A stretch of 61,875 bases of DNA, counting the filler. It is 9 parts of 9 records of this genome, joined end to end, with 100 filler letters (N's around TTAATTAATTAA, not from the genome) between each part and the next. Parts side by side here need not be neighbours in the genome. Positions count along the whole stretch, not along the records: positions 1 to 9,747 come from SRR31147125_68484; positions 9,848 to 17,754 come from SRR31147125_68499; 7 more parts are not named here. One strand, given 5' to 3'. The number at the start of each line of letters is the position of its first letter. Within the stretch, counting starts at the first letter, position 1. The translations under genes and the position numbers were made by a program. Below the pieces are notes generated by a model. That model was not told the DNA's origin. It was given only the letters and a program-made list of their open reading frames with translations, and searched no databases. Of this stretch, positions 1-9,990 are shown piece after piece.

Positions 1-1846
1 CCCTCCAACCCCTTCCACGGGGTTTCCGACAGCCACATGGGCGGTCATTTTGCCGTGGAGATGAAGTATGCCGGTTACGATGCCATCATCATCCAGGGGA
101 AGGCTTCCTACCCCGTCTGGCTGCGGATCGAAGATCAGGAGGTCAGTCTTGAGGACGCCTCTGCCTACTGGGGCAAGGGAACCTTTGCCACCATCGCCGG
201 AATTACAGACGAACTGGATGGTGAAGGGCAGGTGGCCGCCATCGGTCAGGCCGGTGAAAACCAGGTCAACCTTTCAGTCATCCGGACCGGGGTCAGCCAC
301 TCGGCCGGCGGACACGGCGGTATCATGGGAGCCAAGAACCTCAAGGCCGTCGGAATCCGGGGCACCGGTTCTGTAAAGATTGCCGGCAACAACCTCGAAT
401 GGCATGAACTCAACAAGAGTGCTTTCGCCGTTGTCGGAGCCAACAACCAGCATGTTGTTCCCTCCACCCCCCAGCCCTGGGCCGAGTATCACTCCAAGGG
501 GAGCCGCTGGACCGCCCAGAAGGGTCTTAAATGGGAATCGGCCGAGTATCCCATCGAAACCGGTGAAATCCCACCGGGGAATCCCAATACCATCGGCTAC
601 CGGACCATGAAGGCGATCAAGGACCTCGGTAAGGCCGGTCCCCAGTACACCGTTCGTATGGGCGGTTGTGCCTCCTGTCCCGTCCGCTGTCACTCCCACC
701 TGAAGGTGCCCGAGCTGGAACAGTACGGGGTCAGCCCCCATGTTTCCAACACCTGTATGGGGTTTTTCTCTCCCTGGATGGTCATGGGCAAGTACAATGT
801 CGAAGGGAAGACCCCGGATGAAGCGACGGTTATCGGACGTTCCATGGGTGCCCAGATGGCCGACGACTACGGTGTCTGGTGTAACTATGGTCAGCTCGGT
901 CGTGATTTCAACTGGATCTGGTCTCACGGTCTTTTTGAGAATATCCTCTCCAAAGAGGAGTTCGATTCCATCCCCTGGGATAAGCATGTTGCAGGAGATG
1001 TCAGTTTCTTCCAGGATTTCTACCGGCGAATTGCCATGAAAGAGGGAGAGCTCTCCCGACTTGGTGAAGGCGCCTGGTACATCGACCAGGCCTGGAATCT
1101 GGGAGACGATTACTGGACAGACAAGAAAAACAAACTCTGGACCAGGGTCGGTTTTCCTGTTCACCACTCCAGTGAATCCGGTGGTCTGGTCGGTGCGATC
1201 ATCTCTACCCAGTTCAACCGGGACGCCCAGTGCCACACCCACCAGAACCTCCTTCAGCGGGCTGCCTAATGAGCTTGTCAAAGAGATTGGAGCGGAACAC
1301 TGGGGCGAAGGGGCGATTGAGGCTCCGGCTCACTACACACCGGCGAATGAAGCAAAGGCGAAGTTCACAAAGTGGAGCATCGTCCGGAACGTTCTCCATG
1401 ACTCCCTGACCCTCTGCAACTGGATGTGGCCCATGACCACCTCTCCCCTCAAAGAGAAGGGATACCGGGGTGATACGGGGCTCGAGGCAAAGTTCTTCTC
1501 CATGGCCACCGGCTACAATGTCCAGGAGGCGACCCTTGATGAGCACGCCGAACGGATTTTCACCCTCCACAGGGCGATGATGGCCCGGTCGATGAACTCG
1601 AAAGACCTGAGAAACGATCACGATCAGCTGACCGGATGGCAGTTTACGATGGATCCCGACAAGAAACCCTTTGACGCCGGAACTATCAAGCTCGATCCCG
1701 ATGACTTCCAGAACGGACTGACCCTCTTTTACAGAGAGATGGGCTGGGATGAAGTGACGGGTGTTCCCACCCGGGCAACCCTGGAGCATCTGAAACTCGC
1801 CGATGTCGCCGATGAGCTCGAGAGACTGGGACTCTTAACCGCATAA
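1..1846 (+). CDS. ydhV: Aldehyde:ferredoxin oxidoreductase, YdhV-like (5'-truncated; apparent frameshift near 1258)
   Basis: Open from base 1. AOR motifs SHMGGHFAVEMKYAGYDAIII, GGIMGAKNLKAVG, GCASCPVRCH, DSLTLCNW and GWDEVTGVPTRATLEHL. ORFs 37-1269 and 1061-1846 join with one frame change. Confidence 0.85.
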
Positions 1847-1849
1847 CCT

Positions 1850-2407
1850 ATGATTGAATACTGCAAGGCCGTCCTTATTGATGAAATAACCAAAGCCGGT
1901 AAGGACGGCCGGCTTGTAAAAGAGGACTACCTGCTCGCCCGCGGGCGGGAAGTTCTGGACACTATAGAAGACCTCCCCGATGCGGCGGAAACCCTGGTGG
2001 ATGAACTCCCCGGGCTCGCCGATGAGGACGGGATCCGATCTGTGACCGGGAAAAAGGGAATGTACTTCTACTCCTCTGAGCATATTGCCGACAATTACGC
2101 CGCGATGAAGGTGAAAATCGACGAGGAGGATTTTCTCGCCCTTGTGGCCCAGCAGGTACGTCATGAATCAAAGATATACCCCCGGCCGACGATCGTCGAT
2201 CAGTTTGCCGCCCACCCTTACAGCATCGGAAGAGAGGAGTTGGCCTTTATCCTGGAGACCATTGAGAGAGACCCGGAGTTCAGTGACATTCGAAAGATAT
2301 CCGCCTCCAACGGAGACCTCTACCTCTATTCGAAAAACTTTCTGGACGACGGTATCGCCGCGTACCAGGCCGAATGGGAATCGGTCGACAGTGTGGAGAA
2401 TCAATGA
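1850..2407 (+). CDS. YdhW-like accessory protein of the YdhV oxidoreductase system
   Basis: Directly follows ydhV. Motifs YFYSSEHIADNYA, VRHESKIYPRPT and NGDLYLYS resemble YdhW. Confidence 0.6.
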   Translation: MIEYCKAVLIDEITKAGKDGRLVKEDYLLARGREVLDTIEDLPDAAETLVDELPGLADEDGIRSVTGKKGMYFYSSEHIADNYAAMKVKIDEEDFLALVAQQVRHESKIYPRPTIVDQFAAHPYSIGREELAFILETIERDPEFSDIRKISASNGDLYLYSKNFLDDGIAAYQAEWESVDSVENQ

Positions 2408-3084
2408 TGACCTGTACTGCAGCCATGCCGCTGGTGGAAGAGGAAGAGGTGAGTCTCTTTGTAAACCACCACCCGGTAAAGAGATTTCTCTGTACTCCCG
2501 AGGCTCTGGGCGAACTGGCCGCCGGTCATCTCCTTCTCAAGGAGGGGCTGAAAAGCCCGGCTTCCCTTACCATTGAATCGATTGATGAGGAGAGGCTTGA
2601 GATCCATGCGACTCTCAGGCCGGAGTGGCCCGGAGATCCTCTGCCGTGCCCGGGGAAAGAGAGAGTCATCAGCCGTTTGGACCTCCCGGATACAGATGTT
2701 CTTCGTAATTTGGCGGTGCTGATGTTTGAACGGGCGGTGAAGTATAAAACCCATCGGGGTATTCACTGCGGCGCCTTAAGCGATGGCAGGGAGATTACCT
2801 CATTCTATGAGGATGTGGGGCGTCATAACGTCCTGGATAAAGTCATCGGCGATGCCTTTTTGAAAGGGACTCCACTGGATTCTTTGATATACTTTACCTC
2901 GGGGCGGGTCTCTTCGACAATTGCAGAGAAGGCGGCGGCCTGCGGGATTCCCTGTATCGTTGCCCGCAGCCTGCCCACCACCAGGGCCCTGGCTATTGCC
3001 GAGGAGAATGGTCTGGGTATTATCGGTCGGATAGAGTCGGCTTCACCGCTGATCTATCGTCTGCCCGGGAAGGATAGGAAATGA
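2404..3084 (+). CDS. fdhD: Formate dehydrogenase accessory sulfurtransferase FdhD
   Basis: CTPEAL, THRGIHCGAL, EDVGRHNVLDKVIG and TSGRVSS motifs. ATG overlaps the upstream stop. Confidence 0.9.
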   Translation: MMTCTAAMPLVEEEEVSLFVNHHPVKRFLCTPEALGELAAGHLLLKEGLKSPASLTIESIDEERLEIHATLRPEWPGDPLPCPGKERVISRLDLPDTDVLRNLAVLMFERAVKYKTHRGIHCGALSDGREITSFYEDVGRHNVLDKVIGDAFLKGTPLDSLIYFTSGRVSSTIAEKAAACGIPCIVARSLPTTRALAIAEENGLGIIGRIESASPLIYRLPGKDRK

Positions 3085-3848
3085 GTAGAAAAAACAGGGT
3101 GGAGGAGAAGCCTTTGAAGACCTCTCCCGTCCGTGAGCATCTGAAAGCCTTGAGGAATGTAATCTTTGTCTCCCTGATTTCTCTGATCGTCACCTCTGTG
3201 GTGAGCAGCTTTTTCTTCGAGGAGATCGTCCAGTTTCTCTTCGAACCCTTTACCCGGATCGAGGGGCTGAAGACCGAAGATACTCTTTTCGCCAATATGG
3301 TTTTCGAAGGATTTCTGACCAAACTCAAGATTTCGATCATGAGCGGGCTCATCGTTTCCGCCCCGGTGATCACCTTTATGATCATCCGGTTTGTCCTGCC
3401 GGCCCTGACCGGGAAGGAGCGGAGGGTCTTGTTCCTCACTTTGATTGTCAGTTCCATCCTGCTGCTGGTCGGCTTCTACTACGGTTACTATTACATACTG
3501 CCGATAACCATTGAGTTTTTTACAAACAATGATTTTTTACCGACCAATGTGACCTTCCTCCTCAGCTACCAGAAAAATATCCTCTACATATTTCGGTTTA
3601 TATTGATGAGTATGCTCAGTTTTCTTTTTCCGGTTGTTCTTGAGGTGTTGATGGTTCTGAATGTGGTCGGGCGAAAAACCATTTTCCGTTCCAGCCGGTT
3701 TGTGATCATTCTGATATTTGTCCTGTCGGCCTTTATAACGCCGCCGGATATGATCTCCCAGTGCATTATCGCAGCCCCCTTGATCGGATTGTATTTTTTA
3801 GCGATATTGGTGGCAAAAATATTCCGCTTCGGTGAGGAGGAGATATGA
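3081..3848 (+). CDS. tatC: Twin-arginine translocase subunit TatC
   Basis: EHLKALR, FVLPALTGKER and AFITPPDMISQ motifs, with about six hydrophobic helices. Confidence 0.92.
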   Translation: MSRKNRVEEKPLKTSPVREHLKALRNVIFVSLISLIVTSVVSSFFFEEIVQFLFEPFTRIEGLKTEDTLFANMVFEGFLTKLKISIMSGLIVSAPVITFMIIRFVLPALTGKERRVLFLTLIVSSILLLVGFYYGYYYILPITIEFFTNNDFLPTNVTFLLSYQKNILYIFRFILMSMLSFLFPVVLEVLMVLNVVGRKTIFRSSRFVIILIFVLSAFITPPDMISQCIIAAPLIGLYFLAILVAKIFRFGEEEI

Positions 3849-4183
3849 GTACACCGGGACTCGGTTTTCAGGAGTTCCTCCTGATCGCTGTTCTCCTTCT
3901 GGTTTTTGTCAGGCCCGATGAGGTTCCTGTGATTTTCAGGAAAGTCGGGAAAGTCTGGGCAAAGATTTACTACTATTACACAATGGCTAAACGGGAACTC
4001 CATTCGATGGAGAAGGAAATCGGTATCGAGGATGAAATGAAGGAGATCCGCAAGATCAATGCAAGAATGAACAGCGAGATCGCAAACTTTGATAAGGTTT
4101 TTACTGATCAAGACGGGCCTCCCCAGAAGCCTTCGGCTGATCAGAATAAAATTATAGACGAAACAAATTCTAAGGAGATATAA
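3845..4183 (+). CDS. tatB: Twin-arginine translocase subunit TatB-like
   Basis: GLGFQEFLLIAVLLLVFVRPDEVP N-terminal TM helix plus hinge. Lies between tatC and tatA. Confidence 0.75.
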   Translation: MSTPGLGFQEFLLIAVLLLVFVRPDEVPVIFRKVGKVWAKIYYYYTMAKRELHSMEKEIGIEDEMKEIRKINARMNSEIANFDKVFTDQDGPPQKPSADQNKIIDETNSKEI

Positions 4184-4185
4184 CT

Positions 4186-4353
4186 ATGATGGGTTCAACT
4201 GAGGTTCTGGTCATCGGGGGCGTTGTCGTCCTCCTTTTCGGCGCCAGTGCCATACCGAAATTTGCAAAGTCCCTGGGTAAGGCGAAAAAGGAGTTCAAGG
4301 AAGGGCTCGCCGAGGGTGAAGATGACTTAAACGAAGAAAAGGGTTCAAAGTAG
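4186..4353 (+). CDS. tatA: Twin-arginine translocase subunit TatA (55 aa, not in ORF track)
   Basis: Manual translation gives MMGSTEVLVIGGVVVLLFGASAIPKFAKSLGKAKKEFKEG.... RBS AAGGAG lies upstream. Confidence 0.88.
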   Translation: MMGSTEVLVIGGVVVLLFGASAIPKFAKSLGKAKKEFKEGLAEGEDDLNEEKGSK

Positions 4354-4467
4354 ACCAATTAACTATTATTCCATAAATCTCTATAATAGAATCAGGACTT
4401 TCCGTTGCGGGAGGTGCCTGTACCTGCGGAGAGAGGTCCCGGGTAAATATACAATAAGGAAGGCACA

Positions 4468-6663
4468 ATGAAGCGAATTGTGATTTTGGGCGGAGGATAT
4501 GCCGGTGTTCATGCGGCAAAGATTCTCCATAAGGCCTTTAAAAAAGATGAGGGGGTTTCGGTCACCCTGATCGACAAGAATCCGTATCACACTCTGATGA
4601 CGGAACTCCATGAGGTGGCAGGTAACCGGGTTGAAAATGATTCTGTCCGTGTCAGCTACGACAGGATCTTCGCCAATAAAACTGTCGATGTGGTCCTGGA
4701 TAAAATTACCGGTCTTGATCCGGTGAAGCAGGAATTGAAATCGGAAACCGAAACCTATCCCTACGATTACCTGATTATGGGTGTCGGTGCGGAGCCTACG
4801 GACTTCGGTATCCCCGGTGTCAAAGAGCACTCCCTTCCCCTCTGGAGCTATGAACACGCCCTTCAGATCAAGGAACACATCATTGAAAAATTTACCGCCG
4901 CATCCCGTGAAAGGGATGAGGAAAAACGGCGGAAGATGCTGACCTTCGTTGTGGCCGGTGCCGGTTTTACGGGGATCGAGATGGTAGGAGAGCTGATTGA
5001 ATGGCTTCCGATCCTCTGTGAAGATTACGGGATCAACAAGGACGAGTATTCTCTGATCAATGTGGAAGGACTCTGCCATATTCTGAATATGATCCCCGAA
5101 GGACCCCGAAAAAAAGCCTACCGGTATATGGAGAGGAATGGGGTCAAGTTTATCCTTAACTCCTTTATAACCGAAGCCCGGGAGGGGTCCTTCACCCTCA
5201 AGGACGGGACGATCGTGGAATGTGACACCCTCATCTGGACCTGCGGTGTCAAGGGAAGCGGTCAGGGACGTGCGTGGGGGCTTACTGTTGCTCATGTGGA
5301 CAGGCTCAAAGTCGATGATCAGATGAGAACCCCTGAATACAAGAACGTTTTCATCGTCGGCGACAGTCAGTGGTTTATGGAAGATGATAACCCCATACCC
5401 CAGATCGTAGAGGCTGCGGAGCAGACTGCGGCTGTGGCGGCAAAAAACATCATCCACGAGATAACCGGAAAGGGCAAACCTGTCTCTTTCAAATCCAACT
5501 TCCACGGTTTCATGGTCTCCATCGGCGGCCGTTATGGCGTCAGCCACACCATGGGTATTTCCATGAGCTGGATCTTTGCCATGGGTGTGAAGCACCTTAT
5601 CAACTGTGTTTACCTCCATTCAATCTGCGGGCTGAACGGCTGGGCCAAATACCTGCGGCATGAAATTTTTTCCATTAAGAATAAACGCTCCCTGTTCGGC
5701 GGTCTGATTGCCGGAACGGTTCAGGGGCTCTGGGCTGTTCCCTTGCGGATGTGGCTGGGAGTTATGTGGTTCTTCGAAGGTCTGAACAAGGTCGGCGAAG
5801 GCTGGCTGAACCGGGCCAAGGGCTCCAGCTCCTCCTGGATGTACAGCTCCGGAGTGATTCAGAAAGGCCTCCCCGGATACGGTGAAGAAGCTGCTGCCGA
5901 TGCTGTAAGTGCGGCCAGCGGAGCCGAAGCCGCCGTTGAGGCAGCACCCGCTGCCGCCGATGCCGTAAGCGCCGCCAGCGGCGCCGCCGGAGATGCGGTT
6001 GCGGCAACCGCCCAGGCCGGGTACACTGCCGCCGACGCGGTCACTGCAGCCAGCGGTGTGGCCGAGGCCGTCGTTGCGGCTCCCGCTGCGATTGATGCTG
6101 TCAGCGCTTCCAGCGGAGTTGCGGAACCGGCCGCTCAGGCCGTGGCAGAGACCGCCTACGCCGCTGCCGATGCGGTCAGTGCTGCCAGTGCCGCAGGAAC
6201 CGAGGCCGTTGCCCATGCCGATGCCTGGGGACCCGTCTGGGATCTGACGAAGCCTGTTCTCTCCTGGACCAACCCTGTGGTTACCTGGTTCCGGGAAACC
6301 TTTATGGACGGCCTGGCCGCCCATATCGATTTCGGATTTTTCCAGGGAATGGTCGTCGCCGTGGAGATACTCATCGGTCTGGCCCTGCTGGGAGGTCTTT
6401 TTACCTTCCCCGCCGCCGGTGTTTCTATCATCATGTGTTTTGTCTTCATCCTTTCCGGCCTGTTCAGCTGGTCTCAGGTCTGGTTTATCTTTGCCGCTTT
6501 TCTAATCCTCGGCGGAACCGGACGGACTCTGGGTCTTGATTACTGGGTTATGCCCTGGCTGAAGAAGGGCTGGAACCGGACGGGTCTGGCCAAGTCCACC
6601 TACCTCTACACCGGAGAACCCCGGTTTGGGAAGGGCGCCCGAAAATACGGTAAAAAGAGGTAG
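4468..6663 (+). CDS. ndh2: Type II NADH dehydrogenase fused to a C-terminal DoxX-like membrane domain (Listeria EET Ndh2-type) with an Ala-rich repeat insert
   Basis: Two Rossmann motifs (ILGGGYAG, VAGAGFTGIE). C-terminal TM domain WAVPLRMWLGVMWFFEGLNK...GRTLGLDYWVMP. Confidence 0.85.
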   Translation: MKRIVILGGGYAGVHAAKILHKAFKKDEGVSVTLIDKNPYHTLMTELHEVAGNRVENDSVRVSYDRIFANKTVDVVLDKITGLDPVKQELKSETETYPYDYLIMGVGAEPTDFGIPGVKEHSLPLWSYEHALQIKEHIIEKFTAASRERDEEKRRKMLTFVVAGAGFTGIEMVGELIEWLPILCEDYGINKDEYSLINVEGLCHILNMIPEGPRKKAYRYMERNGVKFILNSFITEAREGSFTLKDGTIVECDTLIWTCGVKGSGQGRAWGLTVAHVDRLKVDDQMRTPEYKNVFIVGDSQWFMEDDNPIPQIVEAAEQTAAVAAKNIIHEITGKGKPVSFKSNFHGFMVSIGGRYGVSHTMGISMSWIFAMGVKHLINCVYLHSICGLNGWAKYLRHEIFSIKNKRSLFGGLIAGTVQGLWAVPLRMWLGVMWFFEGLNKVGEGWLNRAKGSSSSWMYSSGVIQKGLPGYGEEAAADAVSAASGAEAAVEAAPAAADAVSAASGAAGDAVAATAQAGYTAADAVTAASGVAEAVVAAPAAIDAVSASSGVAEPAAQAVAETAYAAADAVSAASAAGTEAVAHADAWGPVWDLTKPVLSWTNPVVTWFRETFMDGLAAHIDFGFFQGMVVAVEILIGLALLGGLFTFPAAGVSIIMCFVFILSGLFSWSQVWFIFAAFLILGGTGRTLGLDYWVMPWLKKGWNRTGLAKSTYLYTGEPRFGKGARKYGKKR
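5899..6189 (+). repeat. Intragenic protein repeat: five D-A-V-[ST]-A-[AS]-S motifs plus one degenerate copy
   Basis: Asp codons at 5899, 5959, 6034, 6094 and 6169 (spacing 20/25/20/25 aa). Degenerate DAVAATA at 5992. Confidence 0.9.
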
Positions 6664-6669
6664 GAACGT

Positions 6670-7635
6670 TTGAAACTCCATCCATTTTGGGATGATTTCC
6701 CCTCCATGAGGGGGCCCCTGATGAAGGTCGCCGGCTTCATCCAGACCGTTCTGGATGAAAGCCCCGGCTTTCTTAAAAAAGACCTGGATCCTCTTTTCAG
6801 TTCTCCCGGAAAGATGCTGCGGCCGGCATTTACCCTGCTGGCCGCTACCTCTGGTGATGATGAGTCACCCTATCTTTATCAGACTGCAGCCGCCATTGAA
6901 CTGCTTCATACGGCTACTCTGGTTCATGATGATGTTATCGACAAGGCTGTCGAACGCCGGGGCGTACCCACGATCAACTCCCAGGCAGGGGTGAAGAGGG
7001 CTGTTCTGGCGGGAGATTTTCTTCTGCTTATGGCCCTCGAGCTTGCTTCGGCGGCCCATGAAAAACGGTTGATTGATGCAATGAACAGTGCGGCCCGTAA
7101 AATCTGTCTGGGCGAGATTGAACAGGATGGAAAGAAGGGCGGTTTCCTTATCACCAGGGAGGCCTACTTCGACAGAATCAATGGTAAGACGGCGGAGCTC
7201 TTCGCCCTGGCGGCCAAGGCCGGGGCTCTCCTGGGAGGCTCTTCGGATAAAGCGGCCGAAGCCATGTACAGGGTCGGCCAGAATTTCGGTCTGGCCTTCC
7301 AGATTGAGGATGATATTCTGGACTACTCCGGGAAGGCCGGTGATATGGGAAAGGCTTCGGGTAAAGACCTGAAGGAAGGGATCCCGACCCTGCCGCTGAT
7401 CCTGGCGGCGGAGGACGAGACCTCGGGAATTGCCCGCCTCTGCCGATCTCCTCTGAGGCCTCTCTACAACCGGACAATACGGCGCCGGATTGTCTCCGGC
7501 GGATTTACTGACGCCGCCGGAAAAATCGGTGAAGCCTACCGGAATGAAAGCCTCTCGCTTCTGTCAGAGTCGAAAGCCGAGGGTGGTGATCTTTTTGCCG
7601 GTATCATTACCCGTCTGAAATCCCGTGACCGCTAA
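6670..7635 (+). CDS. Polyprenyl diphosphate synthase (HepT/DmkB-like)
   Basis: GKMLRP, HTATLVHDDVID...RRG, KTAELF and AFQIEDDILD motifs. Confidence 0.92.
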   Translation: MKLHPFWDDFPSMRGPLMKVAGFIQTVLDESPGFLKKDLDPLFSSPGKMLRPAFTLLAATSGDDESPYLYQTAAAIELLHTATLVHDDVIDKAVERRGVPTINSQAGVKRAVLAGDFLLLMALELASAAHEKRLIDAMNSAARKICLGEIEQDGKKGGFLITREAYFDRINGKTAELFALAAKAGALLGGSSDKAAEAMYRVGQNFGLAFQIEDDILDYSGKAGDMGKASGKDLKEGIPTLPLILAAEDETSGIARLCRSPLRPLYNRTIRRRIVSGGFTDAAGKIGEAYRNESLSLLSESKAEGGDLFAGIITRLKSRDR

Positions 7636-7659
7636 TCTTACCCTGATACTTGCATTTTA

Positions 7660-7678
7660 CCGGGGTCTTTGACCCCGG
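7660..7678. terminator. GC-rich hairpin after the ndh2-synthase pair, possible terminator
   Basis: CCGGGGTC-TTT-GACCCCGG forms a perfect 8-bp stem. The U-tract is weak. Confidence 0.45.
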
Positions 7679-7796
7679 CACCCCCTCCTTTGCTTCCAAA
7701 GTAAATAAAAACAGATAAAAAAGTATTGATCCCTCTAAATATGACCTTATAATTAAAGTTAACGTGTATTTCAAATATAAATCATCGGAGATTGAT

Positions 7797-9747
7797 ATGA
7801 AATTAAGAACAATTTTGCTGTCCGCCTTTCTAGGGATGGCTGCCATTACTCTGGCTATTGGATTAACAGCCTTTCTGATGAGTAGTGTCACTCTCAAAGC
7901 TAAAGGGGAGGTTATCGCTCTGGGCGATGTGGAGGCCGATCTGCTGAATGCCGTTTCGGCCCATCACAAGTGGAAAGGGGATCTGGAAGGAGCCTTCATT
8001 GAGAATACGGAAAACATCGCAGTTCAGTTTGACGGCCATGCCTGCGGATTCGGCACCTGGTTCTATGAGGGCGGCCTGGACGAGCTGAGGGCCCTCTCTC
8101 CTGATGCCGCCGATATGATTTCCAGACTTGAATCGGACCACCTCAGCCTTCATACAACGGCTCAAAGGATGGATGAATCCTGGAGCATGATCCATCCGGG
8201 GCTGGGAGAGGAACTCTTCCGCCGTCTGAGCGATCATAATTCCTGGGCTACGACTCTGATGGAAGATATTCTGCAGGGACAGAGTTCGGATGTTGAGACC
8301 GATCACACCCGATGCGGCTTCGGCGAGTTCCTCAGCAGTGACTGGAACCGGGAACTCGAGGAGAGCTGGCCTGAGTACAGAAGTCTGATGACGCCGATCC
8401 GGGAGCACCATGAAAATCTTCATAAGGCTGTTATCGAAATCAACGCTGTTGAAGACCCCGGTGAAAAATACCGGATTTTCAACCTGACCGTTGCTCCGGA
8501 ACTGGAATATATTGGAGAGAGTTTTCATGAAATTATCAGTCTGGAAGAGAAACTTGTTCAGGGACAGGCGGTGGCAAAGAGTATTTTCAATACCGAAACG
8601 GTGCAGTACCTTCACAACGTTGAATCCGGTATCAATGGTACTATCGGACTTCTGGGAGAAGAGAAGACGGCTCTGGAGGCCCGCTCCGACGAGCTGAACA
8701 CGATTCAGAACTTCGTTATCTGGATTGGAATCGTGGTCGGGGTTTTGATTGAGATTCTTATCGCCATTCTTATCACCCGTTCGATCTCCCGGAAACTTGG
8801 TGGAGAACCGGCAGAGATCTCTGTTATTGCCGAGAATATCGCCAAAGGTAATCTGGACCTGGAATTTGATGAGAGAGAGGCTCTCGGCGTCTTCGAATCG
8901 ATGAAAGAGATGACCAACAGTCTGACGGAGATTGTCAGTTCCGTACTCTCCGGCAGTGAGCAGATTGCGACCGCCAGTGAGCAGATTGCCTCGGGAAACC
9001 AGGACCTCTCCAACAGGACGGAGCAGCAGGCTTCAGCCCTGGAGGAAACTTCAGCGGCGATTGAAGAGATGAACGCTTCTATCAAATCAAATGCCGATAA
9101 TACACAGACCGCCGATCAGCTTTCCAGGGAGGCGGTTAACAAAACCGAAGAGGGATCGGATACTATCCGGGAGATGGTTACCTCGATGGATGAGATAAAT
9201 ATATCCAGTAACCGGATAAGCGATATTATTGAGGTTATTACCAATATCGCCTTCCAGACTAATCTTCTGGCTTTAAACGCTTCTATTGAGGCCGCCCGGG
9301 CAGGAGAGCAGGGGAAGGGATTTGCTGTGGTCGCCGTGGAGGTGCGAAAACTGGCGAAGCGTTCGGATAAGGCCGCCAATGAGATCACCGAGATTATCAA
9401 GAACTCCAGCCAGAAGGTCACCGAAGGGGTGGATATTGCCAACAAAGCCGGGGTGGTTCTGAATGAAATCAATGATGCGGTCAGAAAAGTAACGGCTTTG
9501 GTTGGAGAGATTTCCGCCGCCTCTCAGGAACAGCTTTCCAGTGCTTCGGAAATCGATAAAACCCTGGCGTCTCTGGATGAGAACACCCAGAAAAATGCCG
9601 CTCTTGTCGAGGAAGCTGCCTCTTCCACCGAAGAGCTGTCGGCTCAGGCCCAGGAACTTAACTCGAGTATGCGGTTCTTCAAGATCAAGTCCTCTTCCGC
9701 TGGTTTTAAGAATCAGGAGGTAAAACTGCCTTCCGAAAAACACCCCC
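7797..9747 (+). CDS. Methyl-accepting chemotaxis protein with two CZB domains (3'-truncated)
   Basis: TM1, then HHKW...HACGFGTW...HLSLH and HNSW...HTRCGFGEF...HENLH, then TM2 and the signalling domain [30 protein letters not shown]. Confidence 0.92.
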
Positions 9748-9847
9748 NNNNNNNNNNNNNNNNNNNNNNNNNNNNNNNNNNNNNNNNNNNNTTAATTAAT
9801 TAANNNNNNNNNNNNNNNNNNNNNNNNNNNNNNNNNNNNNNNNNNNN
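9748..9847. other. Artificial contig linker (first of eight; others at 17755-17854, 23787-23886, 29329-29428, 35699-35798, 43068-43167, 49221-49320, 55807-55906)
   Basis: 100-nt N runs with a central TTAATTAATTAA (stops in all six frames). GC and gene content change at each linker. Confidence 0.98.
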
Positions 9848-9877
9848 TAGCGCGTCTACCAATTCCGCCACTTCGGC
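9848..9877 (-). tRNA. tRNA-Leu, 5' part only (anticodon lost at contig edge)
   Basis: Reverse complement GCCGAAGTGGCGGAATTGGTAGACGCGCTA matches the acceptor and D-arm of bacterial tRNA-Leu. Confidence 0.8.
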
Positions 9878-9990
9878 TCACCCGTCAAAAACACCCCATA
9901 AAAAGGATTGCTTTGAACTGATAGGTGGTTTATATATATGTGTTTATGGACGTTGTCAAGTCAAATTATTTGAAAAACATAAAGGGTATT

